A stretch of DNA of 64,000 nucleotides from Candidatus Rokuibacteriota bacterium (GTDB lineage: Bacteria > Methylomirabilota > Methylomirabilia > Rokubacteriales > CSP1-6), in contig JBBDXN010000144.1 in the NCBI GenBank assembly GCA_040902305.1, positions 3,532 to 67,531 of the forward strand. Direction: 5' to 3'. The notes under the pieces are model-generated. The model ran no database searches, was not told where the DNA came from, and was given only the letters and a program-made list of their open reading frames with translations. The position numbers were made by a program, and so were the translations under genes. Shown here one piece after another: positions 43,773 through 54,739 of this stretch; the first letter of the stretch is position 1; the number at the start of each line of letters is the position of its first letter.

Positions 43773-44696
43773 ATGGAGGCAAGCTTCGTCGTCCCGGGCC
43801 CTCTCGACGTGGCCGGGACGCTCTCCCGGTTCCACCTCTGGGGTGAAGACCCGGCCAACCGCTTCGCCAACGGGGTGTTCCGTCGGGCCGTGAAGTGGGA
43901 CGGCCGATGGCGCGGCTACGAGCTGCGCTCGAGCGGGGGGTCTCATTCCCCGCGGCTCACCGTAGCGGTTCCCGGAGCGCGCCGCGCGGGGGCCGTCGAC
44001 GCGGCGGTCGCCGAAGTGCGGCGCCTCTGCGGGCTGGACCTGGACCTCGCGTCCTTCTATGCGGGCACCGCCGCCGACGCGGTCCTGGGCGGGCTCGCGC
44101 CGCAGCTCTACGGGCTCCGCCCGACCTTGTCGCCGGCGCCCTTCGAGATGCTGGTAGGCTCGGTGTGCGCGCAGCAGGTCAACCTGACCTTCGCGTTCAC
44201 GGTGCGGGCCCGGCTGGTGCGGCGCTACGGCGAGCCCGTCGGGTCGGGCGGGCAGGGGCTCTACGCGTTTCCGGAGCCGGCGGTGCTGGCCCGCGCGCGG
44301 GTAGCGGACCTGCGGCGGTTGCAGTTCACCACGAGGAAGGCGGAGTACGTTGTGGGCCTGGCTCAGCAGGTGGAGACGGGAGCGCTCGATCTCGACGGTC
44401 TCGCGCGGCTGTCCAATGACGAGGTGATCGAGCGATTGACCGCGGTCCGCGGATTCGGACGCTGGAGCGCCGAGTGGTTCCTGGCCCGCGGTCTCGGGCG
44501 GGGCGACGTCTGCCCGGCGGGCGATCTGGCCGTCCGGCGGGCGTTCGAGCATTTCTACGGACGCGGCCGCGCGATGAGCGAGCCGGCGATCCGCCGCCGC
44601 GCCGCCGCGTGGCGCGCCCATCAGAACGTGGCCGTCCACTATCTCTTGGCCGGCCGCCGGCTCGCCGCGCGGGCCGCCGCAGGGGGCGGAGCGTGA
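43773..44696 (+). CDS. DNA-3-methyladenine glycosylase II (AlkA-like, HhH-GPD)
   Basis: HhH motif VRGFGRWSAEWFL followed by PAGDLAVRRA (catalytic Asp). N-terminal AlkA_N-like region. An alternative TTG start is at 43761. Confidence 0.84.
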   Translation: MEASFVVPGPLDVAGTLSRFHLWGEDPANRFANGVFRRAVKWDGRWRGYELRSSGGSHSPRLTVAVPGARRAGAVDAAVAEVRRLCGLDLDLASFYAGTAADAVLGGLAPQLYGLRPTLSPAPFEMLVGSVCAQQVNLTFAFTVRARLVRRYGEPVGSGGQGLYAFPEPAVLARARVADLRRLQFTTRKAEYVVGLAQQVETGALDLDGLARLSNDEVIERLTAVRGFGRWSAEWFLARGLGRGDVCPAGDLAVRRAFEHFYGRGRAMSEPAIRRRAAAWRAHQNVAVHYLLAGRRLAARAAAGGGA

Positions 44697-45022
44697 GCCC
44701 GCTGGGCAAGTTCCTCCCGATCCTGGGACAGCCCGATCCCGCCCAGCCCAAGGACGTCCATCTGGTCGGCCGCTACGCGATCGGCGTGACCTGGGCCGAC
44801 GACCACGGCAGCATCTATCCGTTCGATCGGCTACGGCTGGACGACACGGCCGCCGGCGGCCCCGGTGAGGCCGGCCTCACGCAGGAGATGACGTGGCCGA
44901 AGGAGATCAAGAAGCTGCCCGACGCGCTCCGGGTGGTGTGGCTGGACGGGCGCGAGAGCCTCTACCCGTACCCCGCGCTGCGCGCGCTCTGCCGCTGCGC
45001 GGGCTGCACGGGGGGCCACTGA
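44693..45022 (+). CDS. DUF971 family protein
   Basis: The GTG overlaps the AlkA-like stop (GTGA). Motifs YAIGVTWADDHGSIYPFDRLR and a C-terminal CRCAGC. 109 aa. Confidence 0.72.
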   Translation: MSPLGKFLPILGQPDPAQPKDVHLVGRYAIGVTWADDHGSIYPFDRLRLDDTAAGGPGEAGLTQEMTWPKEIKKLPDALRVVWLDGRESLYPYPALRALCRCAGCTGGH

Positions 45023-46578
45023 TGGCCTCGGAGCTGAGCCCGGGCGCTCGGCGCGGGCTCGTCCTGAGCGGCGTGATGGCCGCGGTGTTCCTGGCCGCGA
45101 TGGAATCCACGGTGGTCGCCACCGCGATGCCCACCGTGATCGCGAGCCTGGGCGGCATCCGGATCTACTCGTGGACGTTCTCCGCCTTTCTCTTGACATC
45201 CACCGTGACGATGCCGATCTGGGGCCGGCTCGCCGACCAGGTGGGGCGCCGGCGCGCTTATCTCGCCGGGCTCGCGCTCTTCCTTCTCGGCTCCGCGCTG
45301 GCCGGCCTCTCGCACAGCATGGGGCAGCTCATCGCCTTCCGCGCGCTGCAGGGCCTGGGCGCGGGCTCGCTGATCTCCATCGGCATGACCATCGTCGGCG
45401 ATCTCTACGGGGTGGAGCGGCGGGCGAAGATGCAGGGCTACTTCTCCAGCGTCTGGGGGGTGGCCTCGCTGGTGGGGCCGCTCATCGGCGGGCTGCTCAC
45501 CGATCGGGTGTCCTGGCGCTGGGTCTTCTACATCAACCTCCCGTTCGGCCTGCTGGCCGCCGCCGCCATCGGGGTCGGCCTGCGTGACGAGGAGCGCGAT
45601 CGGCCGCGCGCGTCGTTCGACCTGCTCGGGATGGCGGTGTTCGCGTCCGCGATCTCGACCCTGCTGGTGGGCCTGGTCGAGATCGGGGCGGGCGAGTCCC
45701 GGCGGTGGACCGGTATCGGACTGCTCGCGCTCTCCGCGGCCTTGCTCGTGCTGTTCGTGCGGGTCGAGCGGCGGGTGGCCGAGCCCGTGATTTCGCTCCC
45801 GCTGTTCCGGAATCCGGTCCTGCGCGCGGCGGCGGTCACCGGCTTGCTCTCCGGCATGGCCATGTTCGGCGCCATCACCTACGTGCCCCTTTACCTGCAG
45901 GCGGTGACCGGGAGCACCGCGACGCAGGCCGGCTGGGTGCTGATGCCCTTCGTGCTCGGATGGGTGGTCTTCTCGGTGGTGGGCGCCCGTCTCGTGCTCC
46001 GGGTCGGCTACCGACGCGTGGTCCTGGCCGGGATGGGCGCGCTGGTGCTGGCGTTCGTGCTCCTGGCGGGCTGGGACGAGTCGCTCACCCGCACGATCGC
46101 CGCGCGCGACATCGCGCTCGCGGGCATCGGCATGGGCCTGGTTTTCGTGCCCATGCTGATCGCGGTGCAGAACGCGGTCCCGCGCTCGCTGCTCGGCTCG
46201 GCCACGTCGCTCACCGGCTTCTTCCGGATGGTGGGCGGGGCGGTGGGCGTGGCGGTCATGGGGGCCGCCATGACGCACCGGCTCGAGCGGGCGCTCGCGG
46301 GCGTGGTCACGAGCGCCCCCGCCGATCTCCAGGAGCCCCTGCGCTGGCTGGCCGCCCACCCCGACCTCGCGGTCAATCCGATCACCCGCGCGACGCTCGA
46401 CGAGGCGGTGCTGGGCCAGATGCGCCCGGTGCTGGCCCACGCCATCGGCGGCGTCTTCGAGGTGGGCCTCGCGATCGCGGTGGCGGCCCTGCTGTCCGCC
46501 TTCCTCGTCCCGGCGGGCCGGGTGCGAGACCTGGCCGTCGGCCGGGAGCCGGTCACGCCGTCGGGGACCAAGGCGTGA
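45022..46578 (+). CDS. MFS transporter, DHA2 (EmrB/QacA-like, 14-TM) family
   Basis: Motifs FLAAMESTVVATAMPTI..., GRLADQVGRRRAYL (motif A), WRWVFYINLPFG. 518 aa. Confidence 0.88.
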   Translation: MASELSPGARRGLVLSGVMAAVFLAAMESTVVATAMPTVIASLGGIRIYSWTFSAFLLTSTVTMPIWGRLADQVGRRRAYLAGLALFLLGSALAGLSHSMGQLIAFRALQGLGAGSLISIGMTIVGDLYGVERRAKMQGYFSSVWGVASLVGPLIGGLLTDRVSWRWVFYINLPFGLLAAAAIGVGLRDEERDRPRASFDLLGMAVFASAISTLLVGLVEIGAGESRRWTGIGLLALSAALLVLFVRVERRVAEPVISLPLFRNPVLRAAAVTGLLSGMAMFGAITYVPLYLQAVTGSTATQAGWVLMPFVLGWVVFSVVGARLVLRVGYRRVVLAGMGALVLAFVLLAGWDESLTRTIAARDIALAGIGMGLVFVPMLIAVQNAVPRSLLGSATSLTGFFRMVGGAVGVAVMGAAMTHRLERALAGVVTSAPADLQEPLRWLAAHPDLAVNPITRATLDEAVLGQMRPVLAHAIGGVFEVGLAIAVAALLSAFLVPAGRVRDLAVGREPVTPSGTKA

Positions 46579-47105
46579 GCCCGTCGAGCGGGGCCGACGT
46601 CCCGTTGCTGGAGCGGCTGGCCGGACTGCCGGCCGTCTCGCTCTCGGAGCTGGTCCAGCTCCTGGAGGCGATGCCCGACTTCTCGAAGGAGCCCCTGCTG
46701 GCGGGGCTGGTCGGTGTCGACGAGCAGGGCGAGCCGGCCGCCCATCCGCTACTCGGGCTGGTCGTCGAGCATCTCAAGGAACGGCCGGCTGGCACCTGCT
46801 ACGCGGTGCTGATCGAGGCGCTGACCGGGATCTGGAACGCGGCGGTGCGGGGAGCGGTCGTGGCCAGGCTGCGGGCCTCCGGGCTCCCGGCCGACGACCT
46901 GCTGCTGCGTCTGCAGGCCCTGTCGCCTACCCTGGGCCTGCAGGCCGAGAAGCGCGAGTGGGCGCAGCACTGGATGGCGGACCCGACGGCCCAGGACGCG
47001 CAGCTCGTCCAGCAGTGCCTGGTACGGCTGCTGCTCGCGGTCCGCGGACTCGCGGAGGCGCGCGCGCGGCTGCTCACCGACGGCAGACCCGGCGAGGCCG
47101 GCTGA
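46575..47105 (+). CDS. Hypothetical protein
   Basis: The GTG overlaps the MFS stop (GTGA). Non-shadow-like composition. No motif recognised. Confidence 0.5.
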   Translation: MSPSSGADVPLLERLAGLPAVSLSELVQLLEAMPDFSKEPLLAGLVGVDEQGEPAAHPLLGLVVEHLKERPAGTCYAVLIEALTGIWNAAVRGAVVARLRASGLPADDLLLRLQALSPTLGLQAEKREWAQHWMADPTAQDAQLVQQCLVRLLLAVRGLAEARARLLTDGRPGEAG

Positions 47106-47134
47106 GAGACCGATACCCGAAAAGGAGAAGAGCC

Positions 47135-47530
47135 ATGGCCAACATTCCCGACGGATACAAGGACATCCTGCAGAAGAAGGCCTTCGCCAACCTGGCCACC
47201 GTGAACACGGACGGCACCCCCCAGGTGACGCCGGTGTGGGTGGACTGGGACGGCACGCACGTCCGCTTCAATACCGCCAAGGGGCGGGTGAAGGACAAGA
47301 ACCTGCGGCGCAATCCGGTGGTAGCCCTGTCCATCCTGGATCCGGACAACCCCTACCGCTATCTCCAGGTGCGCGGCCGCGTGGCCGACATCACGGAGGC
47401 GGGCGCCGATGCCCACATCGATTCGCTCGCCAAGAAGTACCTCGGCCAGGACACGTATCCGTATCGCAAGCCGGGTGAGGTGCGCGTCATCTACAAGATC
47501 GCGCCCGACCGCGTCCAGACGATGGGGTGA
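47135..47530 (+). CDS. Pyridoxamine 5'-phosphate oxidase-fold protein (PPOX-class, probable F420/FMN-dependent)
   Basis: AAAGGAGAAG SD. FANLATVNTDGTPQVTPVWVDWDG...RNPVVALSILDPDNPYRYLQVRGRV is typical of the split-barrel family. Confidence 0.8.
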   Translation: MANIPDGYKDILQKKAFANLATVNTDGTPQVTPVWVDWDGTHVRFNTAKGRVKDKNLRRNPVVALSILDPDNPYRYLQVRGRVADITEAGADAHIDSLAKKYLGQDTYPYRKPGEVRVIYKIAPDRVQTMG

Positions 47531-47554
47531 GAGCAGGGGAATGAGCCGGCGGCG

Positions 47555-49596
<2,042 letters not shown>

Positions 49597-49600
<4 letters not shown>

Positions 49601-49908
49601 GCGAGGAGCGCTACACGCGCGAAGTCGACGACGACACTCTGCGCCGGGAGAAGGCGCGGGCGCGCGAGCTCCGCGGGACCGCGTGGTGGCGGCGGCGCAT
49701 CGCCACCGGGCTCTGCCACTACTGCCGGCGCGCGGTCGGCGCGAAGGCGCTGACCCTTGACCACGTGATCCCGCTCGTGCGGGGCGGCCGTTCGATTCGC
49801 GCCAACCTGGTCGCCGCCTGCAAGGACTGCAACAACAAGAAGCAGTCGCTGCTCGCCTGGGAGTGGCGAGCCTACCTCGACACGCTCGACCCCTCCGCCG
49901 ACCTCTAG
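49597..49908 (+). CDS. Small HNH endonuclease
   Basis: The GTG overlaps the ABC-F stop (GTGA). CHYCRR...LTLDHVIPLVRGGRS...NLVAACKDCNNKK is an HNH/zinc-finger pattern. 103 aa. Confidence 0.8.
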
Positions 49909-50005
49909 ATACACCGCGCCGTCTGAAATTGTCCGCATTGACCGCCCGCGTCCCGCGGCGTCCAATCGCGTGAGCAGGTCATCTCAATTCCAGGAGGAGG
50001 CGGAC

Positions 50006-50308
50006 ATGAAGACGCGGTGGCTGGGCGTGCTGGTGGTGGCGATGTGGTGCCTGAGCGGCGGCGCGGTATGGGGCGACGAGAAGCCGGCCAAGGTGAAGGT
50101 GGAGGGCAAGGAAGCCAAGGTCAACATCAACGAGGCCTCGAAGACGGAGCTCATGAAGCTCGCGGGCGTGGGTGCGGGCGGCGCGCAGAAGATCATCGAG
50201 TACCGGGGCGCCCACGGGCCCTTCAAGAAGGCGCAGGATCTGGAGAAGGTCGACGGCATCGGCAAGGGCGTAATCGAGAAGAACGCGGGGCGGATCGTCG
50301 TGAAGTAA
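50006..50308 (+). CDS. ComEA-like helix-hairpin-helix DNA-binding protein, secreted
   Basis: AGGAGGAGG SD. Signal peptide MKTRWLGVLVVAMWCLSGGAVWG. VNINEASKTELMKLAGVGAGGAQKIIEYR...DLEKVDGIGKG contains two HhH motifs. Confidence 0.8.
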   Translation: MKTRWLGVLVVAMWCLSGGAVWGDEKPAKVKVEGKEAKVNINEASKTELMKLAGVGAGGAQKIIEYRGAHGPFKKAQDLEKVDGIGKGVIEKNAGRIVVK

Positions 50309-50349
50309 AAATGCTTCCCCGTTGGGTCACCCTCATGTACGATGGCCCC

Positions 50350-50694
50350 GAAATCGGTCGGAGCGCACACAGGCTCCTTTGAGCGTTCCGTTTCGGCAAT
50401 TTCGCCGGACGCAACGTGACCGAGCCTCGCGCCGGGAGTCGGCGTCCGGAGCGAGGTGAGCGGGTCCTGGGCCCCAGGTCGGGCCGCGCCGAGAAAGGGA
50501 GGTGATCCAGCCGATGTGTACCCCTACGGTGATCTGTGAGGTGGTCGCCTCCTAAGGCCCGGATGTAGCAGTTGCAGGTGGCCCTGGAGGACCCAGGAAC
50601 CACCGGCCCCGACGGACCCGCTCTTCACCAGCGGGGCGGCCCGGCAGCGAGAAGCACAGCACTGCCGCCGCAAAGTCCGTCGGGGCTCTTTTTT
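50350..50694 (+). ncRNA. Candidate structured RNA (or comEA 3' UTR) ending in an intrinsic terminator; it contains an anti-16S-3'-end segment and a 13-codon mini-ORF
   Basis: The 5' end is uncertain. 50494-50513 AAAGGGAGGTGATCCAGCCG. Mini-ORF at 50514-50555. Hairpin at 50577-50604. Closing stem 50607-17/50675-85 followed by CTCTTTTTT. No match to RNA families I can recognise by eye. Confidence 0.3.
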
Positions 50695-50703
50695 CGATTC
50701 GGC

Positions 50704-50741
50704 GAGAAAGAAAACGGCCCGCCGGGTTTCCGACGGGCCGT
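50704..50741 (-). terminator. Intrinsic terminator of csp copy 1
   Basis: The minus strand reads ACGGCCCG-(12-nt loop)-CGGGCCGT followed by TTTCTTTCTC. Confidence 0.65.
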
Positions 50742-50758
50742 CAAGTGGTCGGCGACGC

Positions 50759-50962
50759 TTACGCCGACTTCCGAACGTTGGAAGCCTGAAGCCCCTTGGG
50801 CCCCTTCGTCACCTCGAACTCGACCTTGTCGCCCTCGGCCAAGCTCTTGAAGCCCTGGGCCTGGATGGCGCTGTAGTGGACGAAGACATCCTCGCCGCCC
50901 TCGACCTGGATGAAGCCGTAGCCCTTCGCGTCGTTGAACCACTTGACCGTGCCCTGTGCCAT
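50759..50962 (-). CDS. cspA: Cold-shock protein CspA family, copy 1
   Basis: [33 protein letters not shown] with RNP1 KGYGFI and RNP2 VFVHY. 67 aa. The upstream part of the listed ORF is the leader, not coding. Confidence 0.95.
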   Translation of the reverse strand: MAQGTVKWFNDAKGYGFIQVEGGEDVFVHYSAIQAQGFKSLAEGDKVEFEVTKGPKGLQASNVRKSA

Positions 50963-51053
50963 ACGTCTGTTCCCTCTCTGTTGGGCGGGGATGGACCGCC
51001 CGCTAAGCCCCTCGCCACCATGGCTGGGGATTCCCCCCGGAAGCGGGGGGGAC

Positions 51054-51091
51054 AAAAAAAGCGCCGTGGAGGACCGAGGTCCTCACGGCGC
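51054..51091 (-). promoter_or_regulatory. Terminator-like hairpin plus U-tract inside the csp copy 1 leader (candidate attenuator)
   Basis: The minus strand reads GCGCCGTGAGGACC-TCG-GTCCTCCACGGCGC followed by TTTTTTT. It lies ~95 nt upstream of the ATG at 50962 and downstream of the candidate promoter. Confidence 0.5.
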
Positions 51092-51162
51092 TACCATTCC
51101 CTGGAACCGAGGCTCGTTCACGTACGGGAGAAACAGCCCTTCAGGATCCTGAAATCGCGCGC

Positions 51163-51192
51163 AGGTTAGCAAAGGAGCGGAAGGACTGTCAA
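51163..51192 (-). promoter_or_regulatory. Candidate sigma-70 promoter of csp copy 1
   Basis: Minus strand: TTGACA (51192-87), 18-nt spacer, TAACCT (51168-63). Confidence 0.45.
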
Positions 51193-51256
51193 GGCTGTTT
51201 CTGGCGGGAAGAACGGACCGGGCCCCCGCCGAAACCCGGGCCCCGAGGGTGCGGCG

Positions 51257-51457
51257 CTAGACCTTGCGGACGTTCGCGGCCTGGAGGCCCTTCGGGCCCC
51301 GGGTGACCTCGAACTCGACCTTGTCGCCCTCGGCCAGGCTCTTGAAGCCCTGGGCCTGAATGGCGCTGAAATGCACGAACACGTCCTCGCCATCCTCCTG
51401 AGAGATGAAGCCGTACCCCTTCGCGTCGTTGAACCACTTCACGTTGCCCTGAGCCAT
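51257..51457 (-). CDS. Cold-shock protein CspA family, copy 2
   Basis: [41 protein letters not shown]. 66 aa from ATG 51457. Confidence 0.95.
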   Translation of the reverse strand: MAQGNVKWFNDAKGYGFISQEDGEDVFVHFSAIQAQGFKSLAEGDKVEFEVTRGPKGLQAANVRKV

Positions 51458-51537
51458 CAACTGACCTCTTTCGTAAGGCGTCTAGCGCCTCGGTGATTCC
51501 CCGTCACCATGACGGGGGCGCCCTCCAGGAGTGGAGG

Positions 51538-51577
51538 ACAAACAAAAACGCCGCGGGACTTGAGGTCCTCACGGCGT
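51538..51577 (-). promoter_or_regulatory. Terminator-like hairpin plus U-tract inside the csp copy 2 leader (candidate attenuator)
   Basis: The minus strand reads ACGCCGTGAGGACCTCAAGTCCCGCGGCGT followed by TTTTGTTTG. It shares the 15-nt run CGCCGTGAGGACCTC with the copy 1 leader. Confidence 0.5.
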
Positions 51578-51629
51578 TGGTCTCGAATCTCTGACTCCAT
51601 CTCCCGGGTGAACCTACAACCTGAACTGG

Positions 51630-51658
51630 AGCCTAGCGGAGCCCGCCAACCGTGTCAA
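51630..51658 (-). promoter_or_regulatory. Candidate sigma-70 promoter of csp copy 2
   Basis: Minus strand: TTGACA (51658-53), 17-nt spacer, TAGGCT (51635-30). It overlaps the 3' end of the upstream gene. Confidence 0.45.
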
Positions 51659-52686
51659 GGAATATCCCGGATGGCTACCGTGACCGGCCGGGAGCCGTTC
51701 CGGGTCCCCAGCCAGCCGGGAATGGCCATCGAGAAGCGGCCGGCGGTGCCGCCCGCCACCACCACGTGCAGCTCGTCTGGGGAGGGGAACTTGGGGATCG
51801 CCTCCCCGGGGGCGGGCGCGCCTCCCTTGGCGAAGCGCAGATTGGTGCCTTCCCCGTTATCTTCCGCCGGCTGCAGGCTCCGGTAGGGGGCGCGGATCGT
51901 CTCGAAGAGATGGCGCGTGAGATCGCGCTTGCTCCAGCCGTCGTCGCCGAAGGTGCGCGCGTGCTCCGGGCCCACCACCAGCATGGTGTGCGAGTAGAGC
52001 GGGAAGTGCTTGGCGTTCCAGAGCCCGGCCATGGACCAGCCGAGCGAGCCCGCGAGCGCGCGGGCGGTGCGGCTGGCGTGGTCGGAGATGCCGTGGGGCG
52101 CCTCGCCCGCGAACACCGTCACCGCGCTGTCGGTTTTCGCGAGCCCGCGGTCCGCGTGATACGGCGGCCAGGGGCTGGCCTCCTCGTGCTCGCCGATGCA
52201 GTAGGTGTAACGGCCCGGGTGGCCGAACGTGGACATCGACGTCTCGCCCGCTTTCGCGCCGCCCACGTTGATCATCACGAGGCGCAGGGCGCGGCCGATG
52301 GTCGCGTTGGCGCGGTGGCCGGGGCCGAACACGCCGAAGGAGCAGTTGAGCCCGATCCGCCCGCGGATGGGCCCGTGTACGACGATCAACGGGGCCGAGA
52401 AGTGCGTGGACGTCGACACCCCGTGCAGGTTGAAGGCGGGATCGCTCGCGGCCTGGACCGCGGCGAGCACGACGGGCAGGTACTCGGGCCGGCAACCCGC
52501 CATCACCGCGTTGATCGCCACCTTCTCCACCGTGGCCCGGCCGTAGTTGGGCGCGACCTCTCCCACGAGCTCGTGGGGATCGCGGGTGGTGCCGCCCAGC
52601 ATCCGGTCCACCCGCGCGCGCGCGGGTGGAACCACCGGCAGGCCGTCCGTCACGCCCTTGTCGAACCAGATCTCCAGGTCGTCCAC
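51655..52686 (-). CDS. Conserved-looking hypothetical protein
   Basis: The real-looking part of the listed 614-aa ORF starts near VDDLEIWFDKGVTDGLPVVPP. GTG 52686 is preceded by GAAAGGA; an alternative GTG is at 52722. The upstream 260 codons are the antisense shadow of ppa. No family recognised. Confidence 0.6.
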   Translation of the reverse strand: MDDLEIWFDKGVTDGLPVVPPARARVDRMLGGTTRDPHELVGEVAPNYGRATVEKVAINAVMAGCRPEYLPVVLAAVQAASDPAFNLHGVSTSTHFSAPLIVVHGPIRGRIGLNCSFGVFGPGHRANATIGRALRLVMINVGGAKAGETSMSTFGHPGRYTYCIGEHEEASPWPPYHADRGLAKTDSAVTVFAGEAPHGISDHASRTARALAGSLGWSMAGLWNAKHFPLYSHTMLVVGPEHARTFGDDGWSKRDLTRHLFETIRAPYRSLQPAEDNGEGTNLRFAKGGAPAPGEAIPKFPSPDELHVVVAGGTAGRFSMAIPGWLGTRNGSRPVTVAIRDIP

Positions 52687-52854
52687 CGTCGGGTCCTTTC
52701 GCCACCGCCGGCATGGTGCCACATCGAGGCCGGCAGATCCAACCGGGCCGCGCGCGCATAGACCCGGGTAACAAGGACGTCTTCTCGCTCCGGAAGCTGA
52801 TCGGCGCGAAGTAGTCGCCGGCGCATCGCCGGGGCGCGGCGCTATACTCGGGCC

Positions 52855-53415
52855 GTGAATCCGTGGCACGACGTGGAGCTGGGCGACGACATCACGCGGG
52901 ACTTCCGCTGTGTGATCGAGATCCCGAAGGGCTCCAAGGTGAAGTACGAGCTCGACAAGCAGACCGGCCTGCTCTGGCTCGACCGCGTGCTCCACTCGGC
53001 CGTCCACTACCCGGCCAACTACGGCTTCCTGCCGCGCACCTACTGCGGCGACGGCGACCCGCTCGACGTGCTCGTGCTGGGCCAGGAACCGGTGGTGCCC
53101 CTCTGTATCCTCCGGGCTCGCGCGATCGGCGTTCTCACGATGCGCGACGACAAGGGGCGGGATGACAAGATCATCGCGGTCCACGTCGACGATCCCGAGT
53201 ATGCCCACTACCGGGACGTCGCCGAATTGCCTCCGCACCGCCTCAAGGAGATGCAGCGGTTCTTCCTCGACTACAAGGTCCTCGAGAACAAGGCGGTGGA
53301 CGTCGAGGACATCCGGGGGCGGGCGACCGCGGAGCAGGTGATCCGCGACGCGGTCCAGCTCTACCGGGACCAGATCGCGCCGGCGGAAGCTCGCCGCGGG
53401 ACGGAGTCTTCCTAA
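52855..53415 (+). CDS. ppa: Inorganic pyrophosphatase (family I)
   Basis: Motifs [50 protein letters not shown] start. Confidence 0.95.
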   Translation: MNPWHDVELGDDITRDFRCVIEIPKGSKVKYELDKQTGLLWLDRVLHSAVHYPANYGFLPRTYCGDGDPLDVLVLGQEPVVPLCILRARAIGVLTMRDDKGRDDKIIAVHVDDPEYAHYRDVAELPPHRLKEMQRFFLDYKVLENKAVDVEDIRGRATAEQVIRDAVQLYRDQIAPAEARRGTESS

Positions 53416-53523
53416 CTGACCGAAATCCCGCCCGTTTTGCCGACGCCTGCCGCCGACCGGCGTGCGCCCCCCGATGCCGGGTCGTGCAATGACGTCCATC
53501 TTGCCGAAAAGCCTAGGATTTTC

Positions 53524-53552
53524 TTGTTGCGAAAAATTCAGGGTGCTAGACT
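53524..53552 (+). promoter_or_regulatory. Candidate sigma-70 promoter of mreB
   Basis: TTGTTG (53524-29), 17-nt spacer, TAGACT (53547-52). Confidence 0.5.
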
Positions 53553-53561
53553 CAGCCGTGA

Positions 53562-54635
<1,074 letters not shown>

Positions 54636-54638
54636 GTT

Positions 54639-54725
54639 GGGGTCAGGTCTTGCATTACGACATTTCCTCGCGCGCGCCCTTCCGACGGCCAGCCAGAGAA
54701 ATGTCGTAATTCAAGACCTGACCCC
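54639..54725. repeat. 28-bp inverted repeat (one mismatch) with 31-nt GC-rich spacer, filling the mreB-mreC gap
   Basis: Left arm GGGGTCAGGTCTTGCATTACGACATTTC (54639-66). Right arm GAAATGTCGTAATTCAAGACCTGACCCC (54698-725). The arms are more A/T-rich than their surroundings. Confidence 0.88.
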
Positions 54726-54739
54726 GAGGTGACGGAGCG

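Noticed and set aside
50491-50530. The 16S-like sequence considered as a genuine rRNA gene end.
   Set aside because: Only ~40 nt resemble the 16S 3' end (on the minus strand). The adjacent upstream sequence is a csp gene and its terminator, not 16S. No ITS, tRNA or 23S follows.
50309-50758. Known housekeeping RNAs (tmRNA, RNase P RNA, SRP/4.5S RNA, 6S RNA) in the gene-free gap.
   Set aside because: I found no tRNA-like GGTTCGA T-arm or CCA end, which argues against tmRNA. There is no GAGGAAAGTCCGGGC box, which argues against RNase P. There is no GGAA-tetraloop AGCA domain IV despite a passing resemblance of CCCGGATGTAGCAGTTGCAGG to the 4.5S 3' strand. 6S cannot be excluded by eye.
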